Assembly: GCA_018897195.1 (NCBI GenBank)
Contig: JAHILH010000001.1
Span: forward strand, 156,565-220,564
Origin: Patescibacteria group bacterium
GTDB taxonomy: Bacteria; Patescibacteriota; Patescibacteriia; Patescibacteriales; UBA12075
Length of the DNA: 64,000 nucleotides
Reading direction: 5' to 3'
Each line of letters starts with the position of its first letter. Position 1 is the first letter of the stretch. The notes under the pieces are model-generated. The model did not search any database, had not been told where the DNA came from, and saw nothing but the letters and a program-made list of their open reading frames with translations. A program made the position numbers and the translations under genes. Shown here one piece after another: positions 33,130-42,919 of this stretch.

Positions 33130-34530
33130 ATGAAAAACACTATACAAATAAAAAACGCGACTGCGAATAATTTGAAAAATGTCAGTGTGGCTATCCCCTT
33201 GAATAAATTGGTAGTTGTCGCCGGGAAAAGTGGCAGTGGTAAATCTTCTTTGATTTACGATGTGTTGTTTAAGGCATCGCAAGGAGAGAGGGTTGCGGCC
33301 GTGATTGGTAAATTACCAAAGACTTTTGCGATATCACAAAAGGTTAAGTCTGATGGCAAGATGAGCTTGGGTGAAACTAATATGGGTAAATTGCGGGAGA
33401 TTTTAAAAGTTATCAAAAAGGATGAATTGCTGATAATTGATGAGCCTTGCGCAGGGATGAACAAGGTTGACCGCGAAAGTGTTTTGAAATTATTACGAGA
33501 CAGTTTAAAGAAAGGTATTTCAATTATTGTAGTTGAGCACAACAAAGATATCATTGCCAATGCTGATTACGTTATCGAATTTGGCCCTGAGGCGGGCGCT
33601 AAGGGCGGTGAAGTTATTTTTCAGGGCTCGATTGCTGATTATAAAAAAGCCAAGACGCCGACTTCTATTTATGTTTTTTCTAAAAAAGCAGAATTAGTGG
33701 ATTATCAGAGAAGTCCGAATGCCAAGGCAAAATTGATGCAAAAAAAATCTTTGATAATTAAGGGTATAAACCAAAATAATATCAAGAATTATAATTTAAA
33801 TATTCCTCTTGGTAGTTTGGTTTGTATGACTGGCGGGATTGGTACGGGCAAGACAACTTTATTGTCGGTTGCCTATGGTTCTCTGTTCAAGGGCAAGGAT
33901 GCCTGGAAGATGAAGCAAGGTTTTAAATCCATTGAGGGCAAGGCGAATGTGAGAAGATCTTATTTTGTTGACCAGACTATTTTGAGTCCGATTATCACCA
34001 GTACCCCGGCCACCTATCTTGGTATTTGGGATTCAATTCGAGATGTCTTCGGTGGCTTGCCTGAGAGTAAAAAATTGAAATTGAATAAATCGCATTTCAG
34101 TTTGAATACGCAATTTGGTAAAGAAAAAATTCACGTTTTGGAAAAAGTAAAATATAAAAATAAGACAATTTTTGATGTCTTGAAAATGACCATTGATGAA
34201 GCGACTATTTTGTTTGATGATAATTCTTTGGTAAAAAGAAAATTAGGTTTTTTGCAAGAAGTTGGTTTGGGCTATCTGGCCTTGGGACAAAAATCAGGCA
34301 CCCTGTCTGGCGGTGAGGCACAACGAGTGCGCTTGGCGAAGATTTTGTCCAAAAAATTAGGTGATCGTTGTATTTATATTCTAGACATCCCATCGCGAGG
34401 CTTGCATTTGAGCGACCTTCCTACTTTGACGAAAATATTTCAAAAAATTATTGATAAGAATAATACCGTTTTGATTGCCGAGAACAGAGAAGAAATTATT
34501 AACAATTGTGATGCGGTTATAAATCTATAA
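33130..34530 (+). CDS. minimal UvrA-like double-ABC ATPase (466 aa; no zinc modules or UvrB-binding domain)
   Basis: IKNATANNLKNVSVAIPLNKLVVVAGKSGSGKSSLIYDVLF is the UvrA N-terminal motif. The second module has GGIGTGKTT, PATYLGIW and LSGGEAQRVRLA. I chose ATG 33130 because the track's upstream extension crosses the terminator hairpin. Confidence 0.85.
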   Translation: MKNTIQIKNATANNLKNVSVAIPLNKLVVVAGKSGSGKSSLIYDVLFKASQGERVAAVIGKLPKTFAISQKVKSDGKMSLGETNMGKLREILKVIKKDELLIIDEPCAGMNKVDRESVLKLLRDSLKKGISIIVVEHNKDIIANADYVIEFGPEAGAKGGEVIFQGSIADYKKAKTPTSIYVFSKKAELVDYQRSPNAKAKLMQKKSLIIKGINQNNIKNYNLNIPLGSLVCMTGGIGTGKTTLLSVAYGSLFKGKDAWKMKQGFKSIEGKANVRRSYFVDQTILSPIITSTPATYLGIWDSIRDVFGGLPESKKLKLNKSHFSLNTQFGKEKIHVLEKVKYKNKTIFDVLKMTIDEATILFDDNSLVKRKLGFLQEVGLGYLALGQKSGTLSGGEAQRVRLAKILSKKLGDRCIYILDIPSRGLHLSDLPTLTKIFQKIIDKNNTVLIAENREEIINNCDAVINL

Positions 34531-35976
34531 TTACTTAACTAAATTCTCCCCAATCCGAAAAATATCCCCCGCTCCCATCAAAATCACAATATCGCCTCTA
34601 TCAATATCACCTCTTAAATATGCTTCACATTCCGCCAAAGTCGGGATGTGTTTTGCTTTTCGCAAGTGAGCCGTGCGTGGTTTGCAAGCGAGTTGTCTAT
34701 CTAATTGTTTGGTAATAATATTAACCAAGTCCTTGCTGTGCACGCCGCCTTGTTCTTCGCGGGCAGAGCCGTAGATGTCGAGGACGATTAATTCGTCGGC
34801 ATCGCCGAAGCTGGTGGCGAAGTCGTTGAGGAGAGCCTTGGTGCGGGTGTAAGTGTGCGGGTGGAAAACGACTTTGATTTTTTTATCGCCGTATTTTTGG
34901 CGCGCTCCCGCTAGGGTTGCTTTGATTTCGGTCGGATGATGGGCGTAGTCGTCAATAATAGTTGCGCCCCGGAATTGTCCCATCGTTTGCATACGACGAG
35001 CGGTGCCTTCGAAATTTTCGAGATGGGTACGGATGTCGACTAAGTCGATTTCCAATTCAGCGCAGGTCGCTATTACGGCTAAAGCATTATAGATACTATG
35101 TTGTCCGGAAAGTTGAATGCTAAATTCTCCCAAGTTGGTGTCACCCACTTCATCGTCTTCATCAAAACTACTCACGCCGATCTTAACTTTAAAAACCTGC
35201 CGATCCCCTTCTTGTTTAATATCATAAGCCATGTAATCTGCTGATTCATTGATAGCATAACTCACGACGCGTCCACGACAATTCACATTGGCAATTTTGC
35301 GGATGAATTTGTCATCAAAATTCGCAACCAAAAAACCTTTGCTAGAAATTTTTTGAATAAAATCGACAAAAACCTGAACATAACTTTCTTCGGTCGGAAA
35401 ATAATCCGGGTGATCGTAATCGATATTATTTAGTAAAACTATTTTGGGATTAAAATATTGTAATTTATTCTGATACTCATCGGCCTCGATAATTAAATAG
35501 CTAGAATGACCATTCAATGACGCGCCATCAAACTGAGGCACGCGCGCTCCCACCATCACACTTGGCGACTTCCCCGCTCTATCCATCACATAACCCAACC
35601 AGGCCGACGTCGTAGTCTTGCCATGGGAGCCAATGACGGCGATACCATGCTTTTGATTAAAGACTAGGCCAAGTGCCTCAGCGTATTTCAAGACTTTATG
35701 TTTTGATGACATGGCCACAGCTAATTCTGGATTAGTTTTTTCGTTATAAGCAGTTGAGTAGATAATTAAATCTGTGTCTATTGGAATATTTTTCTCGTCA
35801 AAGCCTTTGAAGACTTTAATGCCTTCTTTTTCTAACACTTCATCAGTCATAAAAATTTCATCAATATCCGAGCCAGAAACTTCCATGCTGATGTTGTTTA
35901 AATATTGTGCCAACATCGTCATGCCAACACCCTTGATGCCGATCATGTAGATTTTTTTGATTTTATTTAGGTCCAT
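34531..35976 (-). CDS. murC: UDP-N-acetylmuramate--L-alanine ligase
   Basis: Motifs GIKGVGMTMLAQYL, GSHGKTTTSAW and the Mur ligase C-terminal domain. Lies in a cell-wall gene cluster. Confidence 0.9.
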   Translation of the reverse strand: MDLNKIKKIYMIGIKGVGMTMLAQYLNNISMEVSGSDIDEIFMTDEVLEKEGIKVFKGFDEKNIPIDTDLIIYSTAYNEKTNPELAVAMSSKHKVLKYAEALGLVFNQKHGIAVIGSHGKTTTSAWLGYVMDRAGKSPSVMVGARVPQFDGASLNGHSSYLIIEADEYQNKLQYFNPKIVLLNNIDYDHPDYFPTEESYVQVFVDFIQKISSKGFLVANFDDKFIRKIANVNCRGRVVSYAINESADYMAYDIKQEGDRQVFKVKIGVSSFDEDDEVGDTNLGEFSIQLSGQHSIYNALAVIATCAELEIDLVDIRTHLENFEGTARRMQTMGQFRGATIIDDYAHHPTEIKATLAGARQKYGDKKIKVVFHPHTYTRTKALLNDFATSFGDADELIVLDIYGSAREEQGGVHSKDLVNIITKQLDRQLACKPRTAHLRKAKHIPTLAECEAYLRGDIDRGDIVILMGAGDIFRIGENLVK

Positions 35977-35987
35977 ATGTTTAATGA

Positions 35988-36103
35988 GTCATTCTGGAAG
36001 GAGCGAAGTGACTGATAGAATCTTCCGATGTTTTATAAAAGGAGTGTTGATATATTTTCTTTTTTAACATTGGAAGATCCTATCGCTTGCGCTCCAGGAT
36101 GAC
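35988..36103. repeat. imperfect long inverted repeat between murG and murC
   Basis: The left arm gtcattctggaaggagcgaagtgactgatagaatcttcc (35988-36026) pairs imperfectly with the right arm ggaagatcctatcgcttgcgctccaggatgac (36072-36103). The ends GTCATTCTGGA/TCCAGGATGAC and GGAAGAT/ATCTTCC pair well. Confidence 0.55.
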
Positions 36104-36109
36104 AGATTT

Positions 36110-37210
36110 TTATCTTATTAATTTCTTAATTTCCTCCACAATCTTCCCTCCCGCATTTGTCTTAATAATCCCTTGAATATTCTTACTCAATTCTTCGCGC
36201 AATTCTTGATTACTGAAAATATTCAAAATATTATCCATGAAAATTCGTGCATCGATTTCTTTTTGATTTAAGACAATCGCGCCTTTTTTGTCGGCGAAGA
36301 CTTGGGCGTTTTCTTCTTGATGTGAATCTGGCATTGGGATTAAAATGGCTGGCTTGCCCAAGTATGAAAGTTCAGTGAGGACGCCGATGCCACAGCGAGA
36401 AATAACTAATTCAGCGGCAGTAAATGATTTAAGCATGCCCGTAGTATCAAGGAATTCGAAGGCTTTGTAATTTGGAAGGTCGAAATTTTTGTCCGCGGTG
36501 TTCATGCGGTCTTTGCCGGTGATGTGGACGATTTGGAATTTTTTTAGTAATTCAGGTAAATTATCAAGAACCATTTTGTTGATAAAATCAGAGCCAGTGC
36601 CACCGCCGAGGATAAGAATAATCGGCATGTCTTTACGGAAGCCTAATTTTTCAATTGCCTCCCTCTTGGTCATATTTAAGGTGCTCATGATACCGCGGAC
36701 GGGATTGCCAGTGCGGACCGCTTTGCGACCGTAGTCATCCAGGGATTTTTCAAAAGTAACTGTAATTACTGTCGCAAAATAGGACATGATTTTATTGGCC
36801 AAGCCAGGGCGCATATCTAATTGATGAATTAAAATTGGAATACGTAAAACCCAAGCGGCGCAGACTACGGGCACACTGACAAAAGAGCCGGCGGTGATAA
36901 CAATATCCGGACGCCATTTAATGAGGTAAAATAATGATTGATAAAAACCATATTTAATAAAAAATGGATCAATGAAATTTTGCCAGGACCAATAGCGTCG
37001 TAGTTTTCCCCATTTGATTGCTTTGAAAGTAATTTTTTCGCGCTCCATTAAAAACTTTTCTGGTCCTTCGGCTGTGCCAATCCAGCGGACTTCAAAATTA
37101 ATGTCTGGTGTGGATTTTTTTAATTCGTCGTAGATAGCCAAAACCGGCACGACTGAACCGCCTGTTCCTCCACCGGTTAATAATATTTTTTTTGTTGTTT
37201 TTTCGTTCAT
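36110..37210 (-). CDS. murG: lipid II glycosyltransferase MurG
   Basis: Motifs LTGGGTGGSVVPVLAI and HQEENA. GT28 layout and cell-wall cluster context. Confidence 0.9.
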   Translation of the reverse strand: MNEKTTKKILLTGGGTGGSVVPVLAIYDELKKSTPDINFEVRWIGTAEGPEKFLMEREKITFKAIKWGKLRRYWSWQNFIDPFFIKYGFYQSLFYLIKWRPDIVITAGSFVSVPVVCAAWVLRIPILIHQLDMRPGLANKIMSYFATVITVTFEKSLDDYGRKAVRTGNPVRGIMSTLNMTKREAIEKLGFRKDMPIILILGGGTGSDFINKMVLDNLPELLKKFQIVHITGKDRMNTADKNFDLPNYKAFEFLDTTGMLKSFTAAELVISRCGIGVLTELSYLGKPAILIPMPDSHQEENAQVFADKKGAIVLNQKEIDARIFMDNILNIFSNQELREELSKNIQGIIKTNAGGKIVEEIKKLIR

Positions 37211-37214
37211 AAAT

Positions 37215-38333
37215 TTAAGAAGTTGTTTGTTTAGAAATATTCATTAAAACTCCCAGCGCAGCCAAGGCAGTCAGAATTGCAGACCCCCCGTAACTAATTA
37301 ATGGCAGGGGTACACCGGTCATGGGCATAATGTTAATTAGACCACCGATATTTACTACCATCTGAATTGTTATCCAGCTAACGACACCGATAGCTAAAAT
37401 TTTGCCAAAATCATCTGGGGCGTTGGCAGAAATTTTGTAACCGCGATAAAAAATATACAGGTAAGTTAAAACTAAGCCGATTGAATAAAATAAACCCACC
37501 TCTTCGGCAATAACGGCAAAAATAAAGTCACTCGATACTTCTGGCAGATACATATATTTTTGTTTGCTACCGCTAATCCCCCGTCCCCAGACACCACCGG
37601 AACCGACAGCAATTAGGGATTGATTGATTTGATAACAAACGTCGTTCTTGCTGAAATTCGGATCGGCAACGCATTTAAATCGATTCATCTGGTATGGCTT
37701 AATTTGCACCAGGATAAATACTCCCAAAATGGCTGCCAGAAAAATATACAAGATATGCTTGGTTTTACCGCCACCGACAAAATAAACCACCATTGAGGTC
37801 ATGCCTACAATTGATAGGGTTCCTAAATCTGGTTGCAAAAGCATTAAAAATGCAATTAATCCTAAAACGGCTAAAAATGGTCCAATGCCTTGGTGGGCAT
37901 TATGCAAATCCTTTTTGCGCGCTTCAAGCCAAGCAGCTAGATAAAGCAAGAAGGATAATTTTACAAACTCGGATGGTTGCAAAGAGAAACCAAAGACATT
38001 AATCCAGCTATGGGCTGTGCCGTAGTCGGCGCTTAAACCGGGTATAAATACTAAAACCAGTAAAAAAATAGAAAAGAATAAAAAGCCAGCGGCGTACTTT
38101 TTCAAGCGACGGTAGTCAAAATTAGTAAAAAACCAAAAAGCGGCCACACCGGCTGCTATGGCAAATAATTGATGTTTAAAATAATAATACGGATCACCGA
38201 ATTTTTCATAAGCGACAATTGATGAGGCACTAGATAAACTTAATAGGCCGAACAAAACTATGCCCACAATGGCGATGAGTAAGCCTTTATCAAGGGAGTG
38301 ATAGCCTGGTTTTGATGTGATCGGTTTGCGCAT
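37215..38333 (-). CDS. ftsW: SEDS-family peptidoglycan polymerase (FtsW by context)
   Basis: Polytopic FtsW/RodA/SpoVE pattern (QPSEFVKL, LQPDLGT, PEVSSDFIFA, GVPLPLISYGGS). Located between mraY and murG. Confidence 0.85.
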   Translation of the reverse strand: MRKPITSKPGYHSLDKGLLIAIVGIVLFGLLSLSSASSIVAYEKFGDPYYYFKHQLFAIAAGVAAFWFFTNFDYRRLKKYAAGFLFFSIFLLVLVFIPGLSADYGTAHSWINVFGFSLQPSEFVKLSFLLYLAAWLEARKKDLHNAHQGIGPFLAVLGLIAFLMLLQPDLGTLSIVGMTSMVVYFVGGGKTKHILYIFLAAILGVFILVQIKPYQMNRFKCVADPNFSKNDVCYQINQSLIAVGSGGVWGRGISGSKQKYMYLPEVSSDFIFAVIAEEVGLFYSIGLVLTYLYIFYRGYKISANAPDDFGKILAIGVVSWITIQMVVNIGGLINIMPMTGVPLPLISYGGSAILTALAALGVLMNISKQTTS

Positions 38334-38339
38334 AAAAAA

Positions 38340-39395
38340 TTACATTGTCTTGTCTGATAAAAATAATACCAAGCCAATTGTGGCGGCGACACCAGAGATT
38401 ACCCAAAAGCGCATGACAATCTTAGCTTCGATCCAGCCTTTGGCTTCGAAATGATGATGAATTGGAGAAGAGAGGAAGACTTTTTTGCCGTTACGTAATT
38501 TTTTGGAAGTTAATTGAATAATAACTGATAGAGATTCGATAACAAAGATTAAGCCAATAACCGGTAAAATCAAAGCTGTATTGGTTAGCATGGCGATAAC
38601 ACCCAGAGTAACACCCAGGCTCATTGCCCCAGTGTCCCCCATGTAAAAGCGCGCCGGCATAATATTGAACCATAAAAATCCCAGCAAGGCCCCGACGATG
38701 ACACCGCAAAAAACTGCTAAATCATATTTGCCCATGGAAAAAGCGATAACCGCATAAGCGGCAAAAGAAGTTAATAAGGCGCCACCAGCCAAGCCATCAA
38801 GGCCGTCGGTTAAATTAACCGAATGAGCTGTTGCCACGATTACCAATATAAAAATCAAAATATATGACCAGCCTAATTTTACTAAGCCAACAAAGGGAAT
38901 ATGAAATAAGTCCCAATCAAGCTTGAAATAGAACCATAAAGCCCCAATCAGGGCAATGACGGCGTAAATTGCAAAACGATGTTTCATGTTTAAACCACCG
39001 CCACCTTTGACACCACTCCCCCTAATATCTAACCAGTCATCAAATAAACCAACAAGCGCAGTGGCAACCAGGGCACCCAAGGGTAAAAGAGTTTGTTCGC
39101 GCGATAAAAAATTCAAACTGACAAAAATGCTATTAGGAAACAGATCAGCTAAATAATAAATTGAAAGCGAAAAAATTAAAACGGTCATCCAGATTAGGAT
39201 ACCGCCCATGGTTGGTGTGCCGGCTTTGTGTAAATGCAATTTGGAAAAAATCGGTGTCTCGCCGCTGTTACGGATGTTTTTGCCCAATTTGTATTTATAC
39301 AAAAAATGTGTGAACAATGGCGTCCAAGCCATTGTGAAGATAAAAGCTAAGCCCGTGAATAGCAAAACTTTGATTGTGTTAAAATCGTTTGTCAT
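38340..39395 (-). CDS. mraY: phospho-N-acetylmuramoyl-pentapeptide transferase
   Basis: Motifs GTPTMGG, DDWLDI, NLTDGLDGLA, MGDTGAMSLG and HHHFE. Confidence 0.93.
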   Translation of the reverse strand: MTNDFNTIKVLLFTGLAFIFTMAWTPLFTHFLYKYKLGKNIRNSGETPIFSKLHLHKAGTPTMGGILIWMTVLIFSLSIYYLADLFPNSIFVSLNFLSREQTLLPLGALVATALVGLFDDWLDIRGSGVKGGGGLNMKHRFAIYAVIALIGALWFYFKLDWDLFHIPFVGLVKLGWSYILIFILVIVATAHSVNLTDGLDGLAGGALLTSFAAYAVIAFSMGKYDLAVFCGVIVGALLGFLWFNIMPARFYMGDTGAMSLGVTLGVIAMLTNTALILPVIGLIFVIESLSVIIQLTSKKLRNGKKVFLSSPIHHHFEAKGWIEAKIVMRFWVISGVAATIGLVLFLSDKTM

Positions 39396-39409
39396 AATTT
39401 TTGTTTTAT

Positions 39410-39844
39410 TTATTGTCCAAAATTAACAATATACAGAGAAATAATCGCCATTACCAAGATGATATTGGCAAAAAAAGCCGACCCTAAAAGAGTGTAGGCG
39501 ATAAAAGTTCTGTCTTTTTTGTTGTTAATAAAAGATAGAATTAAAAAATTAAGGATAAAAACAAATAAGCCGAATATGGGGAGAATATATAATTTTTTCG
39601 CTTCTCCGTAAAGGTCAATTCCCTTCTCTACGTTATAATGTAAGGCAATATTGTCAGCACCTGCCAAAACAACGGCTTTATGCACTATAACCCAAATAAT
39701 GATATTGATAGCTATAATCGCAATAATAAAAAAGCGAACATAGGTAGCAGAAAATAGTTCACTTAAATAATTTTCAACATCATCTTTTTTAAAGTAAAAA
39801 AAGTCTAAAAATTTGGAAAACATACAGCAAAAAATCTTATCCAC
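39410..39844 (-). CDS. small polytopic membrane protein, unknown function
   Basis: 144 aa with 3-4 predicted TM segments. It occupies the slot upstream of mraY. Confidence 0.5.
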   Translation of the reverse strand: MDKIFCCMFSKFLDFFYFKKDDVENYLSELFSATYVRFFIIAIIAINIIIWVIVHKAVVLAGADNIALHYNVEKGIDLYGEAKKLYILPIFGLFVFILNFLILSFINNKKDRTFIAYTLLGSAFFANIILVMAIISLYIVNFGQ

Positions 39845-39965
39845 TAATTGCGGATTTTGTTAAAACTTCTAAATAAAAAATAACATATATTCCATAAAAA
39901 AACAAATTTTATTCTTTGGTGATAAGCGGTTGTGAATTAATAATATTTCAAAAAAAACAATTTTG

Positions 39966-39974
39966 TGGTATAAT
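39966..39974 (+). promoter_or_regulatory. extended -10 promoter upstream of pilB
   Basis: TGgTATAAT at 39966-39974, 36 nt before ATG 40011. Confidence 0.45.
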
Positions 39975-40010
39975 AAAAAATAATTAAACCTGTGTATAAA
40001 TAAATCCCTC

Positions 40011-41747
40011 ATGTTTTCAAAAAAGCAATTAAAAAATATTCTTTTGAGTGCGGAAATTATTTCCGCTGATGACTTTGAGAAGTTATCAGCGGAGGCAATT
40101 AGCCTTGGTAAGCCACTTGAGAATTTATTAGTCGAAAAGAAAATTACTTCTTCTTTGGCTATATGTGAAAATGCGGCCAGCTATTACAAGCTGCCCTTTA
40201 TTGATTTAAAAAACCAAAATATTCGTAAAGATGTTTTATTTTCAATTCCAGAACCAATTGCTTCTGCGCACGAAATTATTGCCTTTGACTCTGATGGCAA
40301 GGATTTAAAACTAGCCTTGATAAATCCGGAAAATATCCAGATTATTGAATTTATTAAGAAAAAAACTGGTCTAAATCCAGTGCTTTATGTTACCACCTCT
40401 GACAGTATTCATGACACTTTAAAGCAATATCACAAAAGTCTAAAGGCGGAATTCGATTATTTGTCCGATGAACAAAAAGAGGATCTTTCAGAATTGGATA
40501 TAAACAAAGATTTGAAGAAATTGGCTCAAGATGTGCCCGTGGTTCGTATCGTGGATACTTTATTGGAGTACTCCATTATTGAGGGCGCGAGTGATATTCA
40601 CATTGAGCCAGAAGAAAAAGACGTATTAGTTCGCTATCGTATCGATGGTATTTTGAAAAATGTAATGGTTTTACCCAAGAATGTTCAATCTGGCATTGTG
40701 GCGCGTATCAAAATTTTGGCGAATTTAAAAGTAGACGAACATCGCCTACCACAAGATGGTCGTTTTAAGATTTCCAACGCTGAACATAAGATGGCTTTTC
40801 GTGTTTCGATTTTACCAACCTTTGATGGCGAAAAAATTGTAATGCGTTTGTTAAATGAAAAAGGACAGATTTTAACCTTGGAACAGCTTGGTTTTCAGCG
40901 TAGCGCCTTAGAGGCTTTGAAGCGTAATATTACTAAGCCACACGGTGTGCTTTTGGTGACCGGACCAACGGGGTCAGGAAAAACCACTACCCTATATACA
41001 ATCTTAAGTATTCTTAATCAACCAGAGGTTAATATTTCTACCATTGAGGACCCAATTGAGTATCGTATGCCCCATGTGAACCAGTCACAGGTTAATGCCA
41101 AGATTGGTTACACCTTTGCTCAGGGCTTGCGTGCTTTTTTGCGGCAAGATCCGAATATTATTATGGTGGGAGAAATCCGTGATGAAGAAACGGCTGAAAT
41201 TGCGACGCATGCGGCTATGACTGGTCATATGGTGTTATCTACTATTCATACCAACAGCGCTGCGGCCACTTTGCCTCGTTTAACTGAAATGGGTATCCCC
41301 TCTTTTTTGATTGCAACGACGGCCAATGCTATTATTGCGCAACGTTTGGTGCGAAAAATATGTCCAAATTGTATTCAAAGTTTTAATCTGGATAAAGAAG
41401 TTATTGATAAACTCGAAAAACAATTAAATATCGGAAGTATTTTAACGACACTGGAACAGGAGAAGCAAATTTTGAGCGCTAAAAAGGGGTTATCGCAATT
41501 GCTGTTTTATCGCGGTAAGGGTTGTAAGCAATGTAATAATACTGGCTATAAGGGGCGTATTGGTATTTATGAAATATTAGAAAACACTCCGGATATATCA
41601 TCATTAATTGTTAAAAATGCCAGTGCTCATGAGATTCATCAAAAGGCCATCGAGCAAGGCATGTTGACGATTGTTGAAGATGGTTTTATTAAGGCGAAAA
41701 ACGGCGTGACAACAATTGAAGAGGTGTTGCGCGTGACAAAGGAATAG
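40011..41747 (+). CDS. pilB: type IV pilus assembly ATPase (GspE/PilB family)
   Basis: N-terminal GspE-N-like domain. Walker A GPTGSGKTTT, GEIRDEETA, and tetracysteine CPNC...CKQC. Confidence 0.92.
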   Translation: MFSKKQLKNILLSAEIISADDFEKLSAEAISLGKPLENLLVEKKITSSLAICENAASYYKLPFIDLKNQNIRKDVLFSIPEPIASAHEIIAFDSDGKDLKLALINPENIQIIEFIKKKTGLNPVLYVTTSDSIHDTLKQYHKSLKAEFDYLSDEQKEDLSELDINKDLKKLAQDVPVVRIVDTLLEYSIIEGASDIHIEPEEKDVLVRYRIDGILKNVMVLPKNVQSGIVARIKILANLKVDEHRLPQDGRFKISNAEHKMAFRVSILPTFDGEKIVMRLLNEKGQILTLEQLGFQRSALEALKRNITKPHGVLLVTGPTGSGKTTTLYTILSILNQPEVNISTIEDPIEYRMPHVNQSQVNAKIGYTFAQGLRAFLRQDPNIIMVGEIRDEETAEIATHAAMTGHMVLSTIHTNSAAATLPRLTEMGIPSFLIATTANAIIAQRLVRKICPNCIQSFNLDKEVIDKLEKQLNIGSILTTLEQEKQILSAKKGLSQLLFYRGKGCKQCNNTGYKGRIGIYEILENTPDISSLIVKNASAHEIHQKAIEQGMLTIVEDGFIKAKNGVTTIEEVLRVTKE

Positions 41748-41777
41748 ATTTTTAAAAATAATTAATAAATAAAAACT

Positions 41778-42914
41778 ATGGTAGTTAATTTTAGTTCGCA
41801 GGACTATGGCGCAAATGATGTCAAAAAAGAAGAGGTGCCTATAATGGATAAAATTAATAATTTTCTTCTGACTCTGACTCCAATCGCACTAAAAGAAAAA
41901 TTATTTTTTGTGCAACACTTGGGATTGATGCTTAAGTCCGGCATTTCTCTTGCGCGTGCGCTTAAGACTTTAGCTGACCAATCCGAGAATAAACATTTTA
42001 ATCAAATTTTAACTGATGTGGCTAGCCGAGTTGAAAAAGGCTCAAGTTTTGCTGAATCCTTAGAGGATTATCGTAAAGTTTTTGGTGATCTTTTTTTGAG
42101 TATGATCGACGCCGGAGAATTGTCAGGTAAACTAGAGGAGGTGCTTAGACAACTTTTTGTGCAGATGAAAAAAGAGCATCAATTAGTTTCTAAGGTGAAA
42201 GGGGCCATGACGTATCCGGCAGTTATCCTATTTGCGATGTTCGGTATCGGTGCTTTTATGTTAATCGTGGTGGTTCCAAAAATTACAGCCATGTTTGATG
42301 AGTTACATGCTGAATTGCCACTAGCCACAAAAATTTTGATTGGGGCCAGTGATGCTATTAGAAATAATGGCATAATGGTTGTGATTGGATTGGGAATTTT
42401 TATTACAGCTTGGGTCAAGATATTAAAAACCTATAAAGGAAGATACATTCTTCAGACAATCTTGTTGCGGGCACCGGTTTTTGGCACAATTATCAAAAAA
42501 ATTAATCTCGCGCGTTTCGCGAGAAATATTAGTTCTCTTTTGAAGACTGATATTATGATTGTAAAATGCTTCCAAATCACTGCCAACGTTCTGGGAAATT
42601 TACATTATAAGGCGGCCTTGAATGATATGTCGCAAGTAATCAAGCAGGGCGGTAAATTAAATGAAGCTGTTAAGGCCTATCCCCATCTTTTTACTCCAGT
42701 AGTTGTGCAAATGATTGCCATTGGCGAAGAGACTGGTGAGCTTGATAATATTTTAATGGAATTAGCTGAGTTTTACGAAGATGAAGTTGATCAGATTATG
42801 GAAAATTTACCAACTATTATTGAGCCCTTATTAATTCTTGCACTTGGCCTAGGCGTTGGTGGCGTGGCCGTGGCTATCGTGATGCCAATGTTTGCCATTT
42901 CATCGGCAATATAA
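41778..42914 (+). CDS. pilC: type IV pilus platform protein (GspF/PilC family)
   Basis: Two T2SS-F repeats (SGISLARAL..., GEETGELD) and three TM segments. An alternative start is ATG 41844. Confidence 0.9.
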   Translation: MVVNFSSQDYGANDVKKEEVPIMDKINNFLLTLTPIALKEKLFFVQHLGLMLKSGISLARALKTLADQSENKHFNQILTDVASRVEKGSSFAESLEDYRKVFGDLFLSMIDAGELSGKLEEVLRQLFVQMKKEHQLVSKVKGAMTYPAVILFAMFGIGAFMLIVVVPKITAMFDELHAELPLATKILIGASDAIRNNGIMVVIGLGIFITAWVKILKTYKGRYILQTILLRAPVFGTIIKKINLARFARNISSLLKTDIMIVKCFQITANVLGNLHYKAALNDMSQVIKQGGKLNEAVKAYPHLFTPVVVQMIAIGEETGELDNILMELAEFYEDEVDQIMENLPTIIEPLLILALGLGVGGVAVAIVMPMFAISSAI

Positions 42915-42919
42915 AATTA

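Noticed and set aside
32925-33170. 81-aa plus-strand ORF overlapping the Cys-peptide gene in another frame
   Set aside because: It has no RBS, runs through the terminator hairpin and into the UvrA-like gene start, and competes with a frame that has a consensus promoter and Shine-Dalgarno.
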